Virus record (IMG/VR): IMGVR_UViG_3300035204_002103
Location: 7,843 to 71,842 of that record
Strand: one strand, 5' to 3'
Length of the DNA: 64,000 nt
Source of the DNA: a virus
Made by a program: the position numbers and the translations under genes. Positions 47,424-57,081 of the stretch are shown here, in pieces (the first letter of the stretch is position 1; each line of letters opens with the position of its first letter). The notes under the pieces are model-generated. The model was not told the DNA's origin and ran no database searches. It was given only the letters and a program-made list of their open reading frames with translations.

Positions 47424-48164
47424 ATGGAAGTTAATTTAGTATCACTTACTCAACCCTTGGTTCATGGACATGATGATAATCTTATGAGCGCAGAGAGTAT
47501 CATTGCTTACTGCGCTAGAGTTTCTAATCCAAGCAACCAACATAATGTCAAAACCGCTCCTAAATTACTAAAATTTTTGATCAAACATAAGCATTGGTCG
47601 CCCTTTGAATTGGCAAATATGTGCGTGGAAATTAAAACCAGTAGAGCTATCGCGGCACAAATATTAAGACACAGAAGCTTTAGCTTTCAAGAGTTTAGTC
47701 AAAGATACAGCGAGGCAACAGAAATGGAGTCTCTTGAGTTACGTTCTCCAGCAGAAAAGAACAGACAAAGCAGTAGCGATAAAATTGATGACATAGTTAT
47801 AAACAATGTTGCCAAATATTCAATGGAGCAATCTCTTAACGCTTACAACAAGCTTATAGCTCAAGGCGTAGCTAAAGAGTGCGCCCGAGCCGTTCTTCCA
47901 CTAGGAACACAGACAACTATGTATATGAATGGTACGGTTCGTAGCTGGATTCATTATATTAATTTAAGAACAGAGGAGAATACTCAAAAGGAACATAGAA
48001 ACATTGCAAATGCAATAAAAAATATCTTTATTAAAAACTTTCCTAACGTAAGCGAAGCATTGGGGTGGACTCATTATCACTGGTCACAAGAGGAGCTTGA
48101 GGAGCTTGGTTGGGACGATTTTCAAGGATTTCATAGAAAACCCGACGAATCAGCTCATGAATAA
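47424..48164 (+). CDS. thyX: Flavin-dependent thymidylate synthase
   Basis: ARVS, H.SPFE, RHRSFSFQEFSQRY, E.AR..LP, Q.EHR. Confidence 0.96.
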   Translation: MEVNLVSLTQPLVHGHDDNLMSAESIIAYCARVSNPSNQHNVKTAPKLLKFLIKHKHWSPFELANMCVEIKTSRAIAAQILRHRSFSFQEFSQRYSEATEMESLELRSPAEKNRQSSSDKIDDIVINNVAKYSMEQSLNAYNKLIAQGVAKECARAVLPLGTQTTMYMNGTVRSWIHYINLRTEENTQKEHRNIANAIKNIFIKNFPNVSEALGWTHYHWSQEELEELGWDDFQGFHRKPDESAHE

Positions 48165-48513
48165 AAAATACGAACATAAGAAAGTAATAATGATGCCAGC
48201 AGATTTAGGTGCGCGTGTCTGCCTGAAAGACAGTGACATTCATGGCGTGGGTCTTTTTGCGAAAGAAGACATCCCCAAAAGAACGTTCATTCACTATACT
48301 CACGTTTATCATCCTGACCATGAAAGCTGGATTAATTTGAATCCTAATTACAAATTTAACCATTCTAAAACCCGCGAAAATTGTGAGTTAGTTTTAATGG
48401 AAACAGTAATAGGACTAAAAAGTTTAATAGATATAGAAAAAGACCAAGAACTGCTTGTTGATTACACAAAAAACAAACAAGTAGAGCAACCCGAAGAAGG
48501 GTGGGAATTATAA
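48157..48513 (+). CDS. SET-domain protein
   Basis: S.IHG.GLFA..DI, NHS...NC, DI....EL.VDY. Confidence 0.85.
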   Translation: MNKKYEHKKVIMMPADLGARVCLKDSDIHGVGLFAKEDIPKRTFIHYTHVYHPDHESWINLNPNYKFNHSKTRENCELVLMETVIGLKSLIDIEKDQELLVDYTKNKQVEQPEEGWEL

Positions 48514-48675
48514 CTTGACTAATAATAAAAAAATAGTATCATATTTTTATGAGTGAGAGCGGAAGAAATCTCAGTGGTAGGTATAAAGAATATAACCCAC
48601 TGCCCCTAAGTAACCCCGAAATACCAGATAAAAAAGATTGGTGGGATGATCTTTGTAAGGCTCACGGAGCGAAAA

Positions 48676-49056
48676 ATGTTTGGAAAAAAAACCAGAAGAA
48701 GCCAAAGAAAGGCAAATAAAATTATGATGCCTCCAAATAAATATAAAATAGAGCTTAATGCTTACGCTTCATTCGGTAATGAGGAAAATTGCGACTTGTG
48801 TGCGGATTTTTTTTACGGTAAATTTCTTAACTATCTTGATGAAGGTGATTACGTTGGAGCAAGCCTAGCCAAGAGATTTTTAATGCGTGGTGATTGGCAT
48901 TGTTCTCAAAACGGATACCAAAGTAATAAGTTTAATGGCTTTTACCAACAGGCTCGCAGAAATGATACTTTTAATAAATTAAAAACAGATTTTTTTTATG
49001 ACGGAATGGGCGAGCGAGAAAGAGAAATGGAGACAACGCTTTCGCAAACGTGTTAG
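48676..49056 (+). CDS. Hypothetical protein
   Basis: FLNYL...DYVGA.LA..FL..G; start uncertain. Confidence 0.5.
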   Translation: MFGKKTRRSQRKANKIMMPPNKYKIELNAYASFGNEENCDLCADFFYGKFLNYLDEGDYVGASLAKRFLMRGDWHCSQNGYQSNKFNGFYQQARRNDTFNKLKTDFFYDGMGEREREMETTLSQTC

Positions 49057-49288
49057 AAGCAAGATATTAAAAAGAGACAACTATGCTTGTCGTATTTGTG
49101 GAACCAAGGAGGATTTAACTGTTCATCATATATATTCTATATCGACCTGTTTAAAAAACAACAAACACTGGTTAATAAGGGATAAAAAAAACTTAGTTAC
49201 TTTATGCGAATATTGCCACAGTAAAGCTCCTAACGGAAATAGTTACTACAACTGGGAGTCTAAACAAATTACAAAAAAAATTCTATGA
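48998..49288 (+). CDS. HNH endonuclease
   Basis: RD...CRIC...VHHI...NLVTLCEYCH. Confidence 0.88.
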   Translation: MTEWASEKEKWRQRFRKRVRSKILKRDNYACRICGTKEDLTVHHIYSISTCLKNNKHWLIRDKKNLVTLCEYCHSKAPNGNSYYNWESKQITKKIL

Positions 49289-50061
49289 ATACAACGACCC
49301 TAGAGACTCCAGAACCAATTATTCCCACTTTAAACGAAGTAGAAGAATGGCGTGATCTTCCAGATTTAGAAGAATTAAAACCCTTCGTGGGAGCTTATCA
49401 AATATCTAGCTTTGGCTCAGTCAGAAGTTTAGATCGAGCCGCTCATTTTCGAGAAGGGCGATGTCGTCCTCACGAAAAAAAACTTAAAGGAAAAGTCCTT
49501 AAGTTGGGTGTCCGTGGTGATTTATCTAGGCAAGCCTATTATTTCGCTCAGTTAGCAAACGCTTCTTTAGCTGCCATTGGTGATAGGCATCGCAAGAAAG
49601 TTAGATCTTTTTCTGTTCATAGGTTGGTAGCGTTTGCTTTTGAAGTAGATGGATACGACCTTTATATTTCTGAACCCCAAAAATATAATACAGTAGATCA
49701 TTTAGATCGAAATACCTTAAATAATTATTATAAAAACTTAAGGTTCCTTTCTTATAGCGAGCAAAAGCTTCACACTGGTATGCACAAAAACAATGAGTCT
49801 GGATTCAAAGGGGTAATTTACGATAAAAGAGGGACTCATCGAAATAAACCGTATACTTGGAGGTTTAGTTTTAATAAAGAAAGATATAGCGGTAAATATT
49901 ATTCCACACCCGTGGAGGCAGCTATGATGAGAGACAAAGCTCTTATCGCTCTTGAAGAAAAAGGGAAAATAAGACCAAATATTATATCATTAAATTTTTC
50001 CAAAGAATTGTTATCGAAAGAAGAGGATCAACAGTTGACGTTTGAACTTGTTGTCATGTAA
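49285..50061 (+). CDS. NUMOD4-HNH-AP2 homing endonuclease-like protein
   Basis: EEW, YQISSFG.VRS, VHRLVA, VDH.D.N..NN...NLR, SGFKGV, EAA..RD. Confidence 0.85.
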   Translation: MNTTTLETPEPIIPTLNEVEEWRDLPDLEELKPFVGAYQISSFGSVRSLDRAAHFREGRCRPHEKKLKGKVLKLGVRGDLSRQAYYFAQLANASLAAIGDRHRKKVRSFSVHRLVAFAFEVDGYDLYISEPQKYNTVDHLDRNTLNNYYKNLRFLSYSEQKLHTGMHKNNESGFKGVIYDKRGTHRNKPYTWRFSFNKERYSGKYYSTPVEAAMMRDKALIALEEKGKIRPNIISLNFSKELLSKEEDQQLTFELVVM

Positions 50062-50065
50062 ACGA

Positions 50066-51226
50066 ATGAGGATTGAATCCGAAATAAAGTTAGACTATAA
50101 GGATGTTCTTTTGCGTCCCAAGCGTTCCGAGCTAACTTCTCGCAATGATGTTAACTTGATGCGCGAGTTTACGTTTCTAAATGCTGGAGGTAAAGGTTCT
50201 GACCCAAAGGCGTACGGCTGGAAAGGCATTCCGATTGTTGCTTCAAACATGGATACCGTTGGCACGTTTGAAACAGCGAAGTCTCTTGCTCAACGGCATA
50301 TGCTTACCTGTATTAGTAAGCATTACGATGGCGACGTTTGGGCGCATAAACTAAATGGCTATGGAATTTGGGCAAACAAAGAACAACGGGTTGCTAATGA
50401 AAAAGATTGGAAGTATGACCGCGACTCCAATAATTGGCAGAATAGAATTTACGAACATATTTGCCCTTCTATTGGAATTAAATATGATCCAGAGAAAACA
50501 GATGATATAGATTACCTTAATAATATTACATGGAATTTCTATCATACGCGATGGGTCTGTATTGATGCGGCTAATGGGTATACATCAAGGTTTTGTGATT
50601 TTATTAAACGAGTCAGAGATGAACACCCCGCTCTTATTATCATTGCAGGTAATGTCGTCTCTGGTGAAATGACAGAGGAGATATTATTAAGTGGAGCAGA
50701 CATTGTTAAAGTTGGTATTGGTGGTGGGTCTGTTTGTACTACTCGCATACAGACTGGTGTTGGATATCCTCAACTCAGCGCGGTCATTGAATGCGCAGAC
50801 GCTGCTCACGGGATTGGTGGGCATATCATGGCTGATGGTGGTTGTTGTTGCGCTGGGGACATCGCAAAAGCCTTTTGTGCTGGTGCTGATTTTGTTATGT
50901 TGGGCGGTATGCTTGCTGGTCATACAGAATCGGCGGGACAAGAAGAAATAATAGGGGATGATATATATAAAGTATTTTATGGAATGAGTTCAGACACGGC
51001 CATGAAGAAATACAGCGGCGGTGTTGCAAGCTATCGCTCGTCAGAAGGCAAAACAGTAAAGATTAAACACAGGGGCTTGTTAAAGGACACTATTAAAAGT
51101 ATCCTTGGCGGCATCCGGTCAACTTGCACATACATTGGAGCAAGAAACTTGAAGGATATGCCAAAATGTGCGACCTTTATTAGAACAACACAACAATCAA
51201 ACGAAGTGTTTGGGAAAAACACATGA
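50066..51226 (+). CDS. guaC: GMP reductase
   Basis: KLD..DVL.RPKRS, NMDTVG, KVGIG.GSVCTTR, ADGG, FYGMSS, YR.SEGK. Confidence 0.95.
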   Translation: MRIESEIKLDYKDVLLRPKRSELTSRNDVNLMREFTFLNAGGKGSDPKAYGWKGIPIVASNMDTVGTFETAKSLAQRHMLTCISKHYDGDVWAHKLNGYGIWANKEQRVANEKDWKYDRDSNNWQNRIYEHICPSIGIKYDPEKTDDIDYLNNITWNFYHTRWVCIDAANGYTSRFCDFIKRVRDEHPALIIIAGNVVSGEMTEEILLSGADIVKVGIGGGSVCTTRIQTGVGYPQLSAVIECADAAHGIGGHIMADGGCCCAGDIAKAFCAGADFVMLGGMLAGHTESAGQEEIIGDDIYKVFYGMSSDTAMKKYSGGVASYRSSEGKTVKIKHRGLLKDTIKSILGGIRSTCTYIGARNLKDMPKCATFIRTTQQSNEVFGKNT

Positions 51227-51540
51227 TTAAAAACGCACAACAGTTTAGGGTTTGTATTTTTTTATTTATTATAGTTTCAATGCTTTGGGGTTATCAGACT
51301 TATTTTAATTTTTCTGTTGATAAGGAAATAGATAACGCGATAGAAGAACAAAATAATTCAGTAAATAGATACTTCCGAATGATTGAAATGTATAGAGCTA
51401 AAAATAAAGGTCTAACACAAAGACTTGCCTTTATAAAAAAGCACGGATGTGATTGTGCATACGCATATAAGGATGTTTGTCGTGCCTGTGGAAAAAAAAT
51501 AAGCAAAGAGATTTTGGATTTAAAAACCCCGAAGGAATGA
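51223..51540 (+). CDS. TM, coiled-coil and Cys-cluster protein
   Basis: N-terminal TM; C.C......C..C. Confidence 0.5.
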   Translation: MIKNAQQFRVCIFLFIIVSMLWGYQTYFNFSVDKEIDNAIEEQNNSVNRYFRMIEMYRAKNKGLTQRLAFIKKHGCDCAYAYKDVCRACGKKISKEILDLKTPKE

Positions 51541-52169
51541 ACACTATATTACAAATAACAAAAGTTGACCCTGAGCTTTTAGAAGAAATAAAGATGTCGT
51601 TTGATAAGTTGCCAGAAACAGATCATGCTGACGGAAAATATAGATTAAGAAAATATTCAAAAGTTCATGCCATTGCAAGCACGGGAGTATTAGTACCACT
51701 TAAAGACGATACGTTTACGCAAAGCGAAGAATATAATAAGCATCAAGGAGGAATGGCTCGTAAATTTGAGAATATTGACGATGAGGTTATTAGCAGTAAA
51801 GCATTATCATGTTTAACTAGGGCATTCTTTGAAGGATGCAAAATAAACAAAGGACAGTATGAATTTGATATTCATCAAATGAGAGTAAGGTGCAAAGGAG
51901 GGGCAACACAACTCTCACCAGAGGGTTGGCATCAAGATGGTTATGACTATATAGGAGTTATCGGCGTGGATCGTAATAATATTATAGGTGGGGAAATGTT
52001 GTTATCAACAAGTAAAGTCGATGCGCCATTTTTGCAAGCGACAATAGACACGGGTACATTAGTTATTGTAGATGATAATTATTTATGGCATAATGGTAGG
52101 TCTGTCCAACCAATAGACGACACTAAAGAGGCTTATATGGATGTGATGGTGTTTACCTTAAAATTATGA
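51537..52169 (+). CDS. 2OG-Fe(II) dioxygenase
   Basis: R.R.YS, F.Q...YN...GG..R.F, IHQ.R, PEG.HQDG, H, D. Confidence 0.85.
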   Translation: MNTILQITKVDPELLEEIKMSFDKLPETDHADGKYRLRKYSKVHAIASTGVLVPLKDDTFTQSEEYNKHQGGMARKFENIDDEVISSKALSCLTRAFFEGCKINKGQYEFDIHQMRVRCKGGATQLSPEGWHQDGYDYIGVIGVDRNNIIGGEMLLSTSKVDAPFLQATIDTGTLVIVDDNYLWHNGRSVQPIDDTKEAYMDVMVFTLKL

Positions 52170-52355
52170 ATCAAAAAGTAAAGCTAGATGAAATGTTTTT
52201 AGAATGGTATAAGCAAACGAATCCTCATTTATTCCAAAAGGGTGTCTTAAAAAAAGAAAGAGACGCAGAGTTGCAGGAATACATTAATGATGTCTTGTAC
52301 GAGCATATGGAAAGCATGGATAAATATCAAAATTAATTTAGGAGACGAGAGAATA

Positions 52356-52871
52356 ATGAAAGAAGGTAAAATAAAAGTATATTTTGACGTAGACAATAAA
52401 TGGGAAATGGAAGTTTTTTACTTAAAAGAAACCTCAACGCCCGAAAACTTTGCATTAGGTGATGCAGGATTAGAGCAACCCATAAGCGAGCAGGAGATGT
52501 GGGATAAATACGGCCCTGACGCAGAAGAAAAGTTTCTTAAAGATTTAGATGTTATTATTGGCGACTGCAAAGGGGGCAATTCAACAGACGATGATTGGTG
52601 TGATCCATTAGCAGATGAACTAGATCAGTACGATTATGTGTGTGATGATGAGGGAAATGTGAAAGAAATTAAGGGATGTTGTCCTGTTGGGCCGAAAGGA
52701 GTGAGTGGGCCGAGGGGAATTGATGAAGAAAAAATGTATCCCTTAATACTAGAGTCCTTAAAAAAGTTTTCAGAATGTAATGTTGATTTAAAAAAAGATT
52801 CGGCCTGTGAAGTTCTAGCAGATGGAATAGCAAAAAAAATTAATAAATATATGTGGGGTCATACAGACTGA
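52356..52871 (+). CDS. Hypothetical acidic protein with short GxP repeat
   Basis: GPKGVSGPRG segment. Confidence 0.55.
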   Translation: MKEGKIKVYFDVDNKWEMEVFYLKETSTPENFALGDAGLEQPISEQEMWDKYGPDAEEKFLKDLDVIIGDCKGGNSTDDDWCDPLADELDQYDYVCDDEGNVKEIKGCCPVGPKGVSGPRGIDEEKMYPLILESLKKFSECNVDLKKDSACEVLADGIAKKINKYMWGHTD

Positions 52872-53455
52872 TGCCTATATCTCGCAAATATAATTTAATA
52901 TTTATTCATATTCCGAAAAACGCAGGAACTTCGATTACGAAGGCGTTTAAAATGGATCACGCAGGGCATAGGACAGTAAAACAAACTAAAAAACTTTACC
53001 CGAAAGTATGGGATAGCTTCCACAAATTTTGCATCGTCAGAAACCCCTTACACCGTTTTATTTCCTGTTATGAGTACGCGAAAGAAAAAGACAGTTACTA
53101 TCATTCTTCTAACAAAAAGTTTAAAGGAGTTGGTGGTAAACATCCAGACTATGACCTTTTATCAAACAAAACATTTGATGAGTGCATAGAATTATTTTTA
53201 AAAAATAAACTTTTACACTGGGGATGGTTGCCCCAATCTTATTGGGTGTGCGAGAAAAAGAGGTTTGCTTTAGATCAATTTATAAAAATAGAAGAACTAC
53301 CAGAAACCTTAATGGGTGTTAAGCTTCCTTTTCTAAATAAGTCAAAAAAGAACAAAAAAACGTCAAATAAAATAGATTCATACTATAACGAAGAATCTCT
53401 CGACAAAATAAAAAGAATTTACCAGTCAGACTTTAAGCTTTTTAACTATAAATAG
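52871..53455 (+). CDS. Sulfotransferase family 2 protein
   Basis: FIHIPKNAGTS, VRNP..RFIS, PQ, YQSDFKLFNY. Confidence 0.9.
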   Translation: MPISRKYNLIFIHIPKNAGTSITKAFKMDHAGHRTVKQTKKLYPKVWDSFHKFCIVRNPLHRFISCYEYAKEKDSYYHSSNKKFKGVGGKHPDYDLLSNKTFDECIELFLKNKLLHWGWLPQSYWVCEKKRFALDQFIKIEELPETLMGVKLPFLNKSKKNKKTSNKIDSYYNEESLDKIKRIYQSDFKLFNYK

Positions 53456-53539
53456 CTAAAACTCCCCCGCGTAAAGAGTGTTACTTTCTTAGTCGGGTTT
53501 TTTTCTTGTTTTTAAATAAAGAAATTGCATAATCGTAGT

Positions 53540-54076
53540 ATGGACATTTTAGAAAAGACTAGAACCTACCTAGTAGGACATATGCAGTACGCTGATGGAC
53601 GTAATTGGAGGGATGAAGTCGAAGCAGAGCTAGGGCCGTTAGATATTACGGTTTTTAACCCCTACAAAAAACCTTTTGTTAAAGACGTAAACGAAGATGA
53701 AGAAGCTCGCATGAAAATGCACGAAGCGATGGAAGCGGGCTATTACAATGACATAGCAAAAAGAATGAGTGTTGTGCGTAGTTACGATCTTAATTTGGTA
53801 GATAGGTCTGATTTTATTATAGCTCATTTACTTCCCGAAGTTGCAAGTTGGGGAAGTGCGGAAGAAATAGTTACAGCAGTAAGGATGAAGAAACCCATTT
53901 TTATTTCTATGGAAGGAGGGAAGTCTAGGACACCTCTTTGGATGATGGGTATGCTTCCGCATCATTATATATATGATAGTATTGATGATGTTTTAAATAT
54001 GATTAAACAAATAAATGATGGGAAGAAGCCTATTGATAGCGATAGGTGGCGTCTTTTAAGGAAGGAGTTAAGGTGA
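53540..54076 (+). CDS. Nucleoside 2-deoxyribosyltransferase / nucleotide N-hydrolase-like protein
   Basis: TYL.G.M, WR, FNP, DL..VD.SD, S.GS.EE, KP. Confidence 0.75.
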   Translation: MDILEKTRTYLVGHMQYADGRNWRDEVEAELGPLDITVFNPYKKPFVKDVNEDEEARMKMHEAMEAGYYNDIAKRMSVVRSYDLNLVDRSDFIIAHLLPEVASWGSAEEIVTAVRMKKPIFISMEGGKSRTPLWMMGMLPHHYIYDSIDDVLNMIKQINDGKKPIDSDRWRLLRKELR

Positions 54077-54543
54077 TGACGCAATCAATTAAATTCCATA
54101 ACGCCGCTGGGATAGTTCCCATTATAAATGATGACGGCCAAATAAAGGTATTACTTATTAAAAGTAGTCTTGGGTGGGAATTTCCCAAGGGGCATATAGA
54201 ACTCGGAGAAACCTTATTACAAACGGCAAAAAGAGAAGCGAAAGAGGAAACTGGTTTAGATATTAAGGAGATTCTTCCCTTTAGGCACGTTGTTAAATAC
54301 TTAATAAGAAAGAATTATGCAACGGGAGAGAAATTGAAAATACCAGAACCCAAGACGGTCACTTATTTCTTGGGGAAAGCTCCCCAAAAAGATATAAAAC
54401 TATCTTTTGAACATAGTGCTTATGGTTGGTTTACCCTTCAAGAAGGTTTTAATAAGTTGAGTTTTGGGAGCAAATCAGAAACTTTACAAAAAGTAGTTTC
54501 ATTTTTAAAATCAGATTCGTATATAAAATTAATATATACATAG
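54076..54543 (+). CDS. Nudix hydrolase (Ap4A hydrolase-like)
   Basis: WEFPKGHIE.GE....A.RE..EETGL, LS.EH..Y.W. Confidence 0.9.
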   Translation: MTQSIKFHNAAGIVPIINDDGQIKVLLIKSSLGWEFPKGHIELGETLLQTAKREAKEETGLDIKEILPFRHVVKYLIRKNYATGEKLKIPEPKTVTYFLGKAPQKDIKLSFEHSAYGWFTLQEGFNKLSFGSKSETLQKVVSFLKSDSYIKLIYT

Positions 54544-54544
54544 C

Positions 54545-55501
54545 ATGAAAAATAAATTTAGCAAGCTACCTCAAGCAAGTCCAGATTGGATAGCAGAAGA
54601 AGCAGATGATACGGTGCAGTCGTATTATACTCACATCAGCCAGTATCCCCTACTAAAGAAAAAGGAGGAACAAGACCTTTTTAAAACTATGCACAAGTGG
54701 TCAAAAAATAAGGCTAATTGTGGACATCGCGCAAGAATTAAGGGTAAAGCAGCGAGAGAAAAATTAATAAATAGTAATTTACGCTTGGTTGTTAAAATGT
54801 CTAAAGATTATTCTGGTCTTGGGTTGCCTCTTTTAGACCTAATTTCGGAGGGCAACATGGGGCTTATGAGGGGTGTCGAAAAATACGAACTAGACAAAGG
54901 CGCAAAATTCTCCACTTACGCTTCTTTTTGGATTAGACAGTGCATTTTTAGGGCTTTAGATAATAAAGCTAGGTTAATTCGTGTTCCGAGTGAGGCAAAT
55001 AGAAAATATCCCAAAATAATTAGGTACATCAACGAACAAGAGGAGCTTACTGGCGAAAAGCCATCAACACTTGAGATCGCAAAGAAGTTTAAGACCGCAG
55101 AACATCGTGTTATATCAATAATGGAGGCAAGAAAAGCCATGACATCAATGGACGCATCGGTTTCAGACGATGAGGATAACGAAATGACTTGGGGAGAAAG
55201 AATAGCGGATTCTTATGGCAAAACCCCAGAAGAATTAACCGAGTTGATGAATAACAAGGAAGTGCTAAATAAATTACTAAAGAAACTAACCCGCAGGGAA
55301 AGAAATATTATAGTAAGACGATTCGGTATTAACGATAAGGACTTTGAAACTCTTGAAAAAATTGGAGATACAGTTGGCGTAACGAGAGAGCGTATTCGGC
55401 AAATAGAAAATGCGGCAATTAAAAAATTAAGAACGCTTGTTCGTGATGAATTCAATATCGAGACAGACGAAAAGCAAAGCACTTTTATGTTTAAATTTTA
55501 A
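54545..55501 (+). CDS. RpoD/RpoS-like sigma70 factor (regions 1.2-4)
   Basis: SNLRLVV, DLISEGN.GL, KFSTYA.FWIRQ, TLE.IG...GVTRERIRQIE. Confidence 0.93.
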   Translation: MKNKFSKLPQASPDWIAEEADDTVQSYYTHISQYPLLKKKEEQDLFKTMHKWSKNKANCGHRARIKGKAAREKLINSNLRLVVKMSKDYSGLGLPLLDLISEGNMGLMRGVEKYELDKGAKFSTYASFWIRQCIFRALDNKARLIRVPSEANRKYPKIIRYINEQEELTGEKPSTLEIAKKFKTAEHRVISIMEARKAMTSMDASVSDDEDNEMTWGERIADSYGKTPEELTELMNNKEVLNKLLKKLTRRERNIIVRRFGINDKDFETLEKIGDTVGVTRERIRQIENAAIKKLRTLVRDEFNIETDEKQSTFMFKF

Positions 55502-55657
55502 TAGAGCATTCCCTTTTTCTTACCAAGGCATCAATAAGAAGTATAATAAAATGATATAAGATATAATAGTTTCAATATCCATAATATAGTTTACACTTTA
55601 TATATTTAATTAATTAATCTTAATATCTCTTTTAAAGTAGTCCGTGTAATCATTTAC

Positions 55658-55858
55658 ATGGATTGGATTGTCTCAATATTTTTAGCTTTATTTATCGGTT
55701 CTATCGGTGGTATAGCTTTTGTCATACATAAAATCATGGAAGAAGAAAAGGAAAGGCGAGAAAAACTTGCATTTATAAAGGCTTTTTCCGCTAAACATAA
55801 TGTCCGAAGAAGGTCTTGCCCTAATTGCGGGTGCTTGCCTTGTCATTGTTGTCCTTAA
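55658..55858 (+). CDS. Small TM protein with Cys-rich tail
   Basis: Start 14 nt after GTGTAA; CPNCGCLPCHCC. Confidence 0.55.
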   Translation: MDWIVSIFLALFIGSIGGIAFVIHKIMEEEKERREKLAFIKAFSAKHNVRRRSCPNCGCLPCHCCP

Positions 55859-56643
55859 TTTTTTGGCTTTTTACTTTTACCGTCGAAAAACAACCCTTTA
55901 GGAATTGTTTTTTTATATTCTTCTAGTTTTTTTTTAGAAGCAGTTTTCTTTTTTGTAGCCTTCTTCTTTGTCGTTTTCTTCTTTGAGGGAGCTTTTTTAA
56001 GTTTAGTGTTAGAAAGCCTGTTAACTGTTGAGCTTCCTCGCCTTTTAATAATATCATAAATAACCCAAATAAGTATAGCAAACAGTATAAACACTAAATA
56101 ATTTAATATTAATTCAACCCAATCGAAAGACTCTGGAGCGTTAGTTTCCGATGACCCAACGGCTTCTGGCGTGGTTGCTTTATTATCGGTTGTTTGTAAG
56201 TGTCTTTCTATTTGGGGTACTGGCTGAATATTTTCACCGTTGTTTTCGGGGAGTTTTACGGGGGGTGCTTTAATATTTATAGGAGGAGCATTATTAATAA
56301 TTGTCGGAGTAAACGGCGTTAGCTCTCCTGCTGGTTTTGGGTCAATCTTGATGGGATTAGCTTTAATGGGAGGATGTTTGGTCGGAATAGGGGTAGATTT
56401 TACTGCGTTTGTAGACGTAATGGGGCCACTCTCAAGAGGAATAATAGGTACTGGAGGAAGGGGTTCAAATATCGGTCTATTATTTCGCTCGTTAATTTCT
56501 TGTGGGGTTTTAGGGACAATAACTGTTCCAGCAGACCCGCTACCCAAACTTCTACCACCTCTACAAGAATTACATATTATTACTATAATAATAACTACTA
56601 TTATCCATACCCATGCTGGGATCAACCTTGGAATTTTGTGCAT
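55855..56643 (-). CDS. Pro-rich membrane/lipoprotein with basic KKA/KKT tail
   Basis: N-terminal TM plus Cys, Pro-rich linker, second TM, histone-like tail. Confidence 0.65.
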   Translation of the reverse strand: MHKIPRLIPAWVWIIVVIIIVIICNSCRGGRSLGSGSAGTVIVPKTPQEINERNNRPIFEPLPPVPIIPLESGPITSTNAVKSTPIPTKHPPIKANPIKIDPKPAGELTPFTPTIINNAPPINIKAPPVKLPENNGENIQPVPQIERHLQTTDNKATTPEAVGSSETNAPESFDWVELILNYLVFILFAILIWVIYDIIKRRGSSTVNRLSNTKLKKAPSKKKTTKKKATKKKTASKKKLEEYKKTIPKGLFFDGKSKKPKN

Positions 56644-56646
56644 ATT

Positions 56647-57081
56647 TTATGTTTTAGCTGCGGCACTCGCATTTCCAAAATAAAATCCCACTATTGCGGT
56701 AAGAGTTTGTCTTACTTCTGGAACCATCAAATATCCATCTAATTCGACAAATAAGACTTCCGTTCCCCCGCCAAATAAACCAAATAACCATTCTGCTTTT
56801 GTTGTTTCTACCTCTACAACGGTTGAATACCCTAATAAAGATAAGACAAAGGGTGCTAGTATTACGCCAAATAAAACAGACATAACAATAGCCCTTCTTA
56901 CCCACTTGCCAACGTCAACAGGTACTCTTTTAGCGGCTTTATCCGCGCTTTCATCTTCAGCAGCCTTCCACGCTATTGCTCTTTTAAACAGTTCATGGCG
57001 TTCTTTTGCTCTTTCTGCCAAATATCTAAAGATGAAGCCCACAATCGTACCGCCAATCATGGTAATAAGTTCTAAACTCAT
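56647..57081 (-). CDS. Holin-like multi-TM protein
   Basis: TM segments, W.RR, terminal IVGFYFG; GTGTAA 14 nt upstream. Confidence 0.55.
   Translation of the reverse strand: MSLELITMIGGTIVGFIFRYLAERAKERHELFKRAIAWKAAEDESADKAAKRVPVDVGKWVRRAIVMSVLFGVILAPFVLSLLGYSTVVEVETTKAEWLFGLFGGGTEVLFVELDGYLMVPEVRQTLTAIVGFYFGNASAAAKT

Noticed and set aside
56240-56742. Plus-strand ORFs of 147 and 122 aa
   Set aside because: Antisense shadows of the Pro-rich gene 55855-56643; the same applies to most short antisense ORFs in the track.
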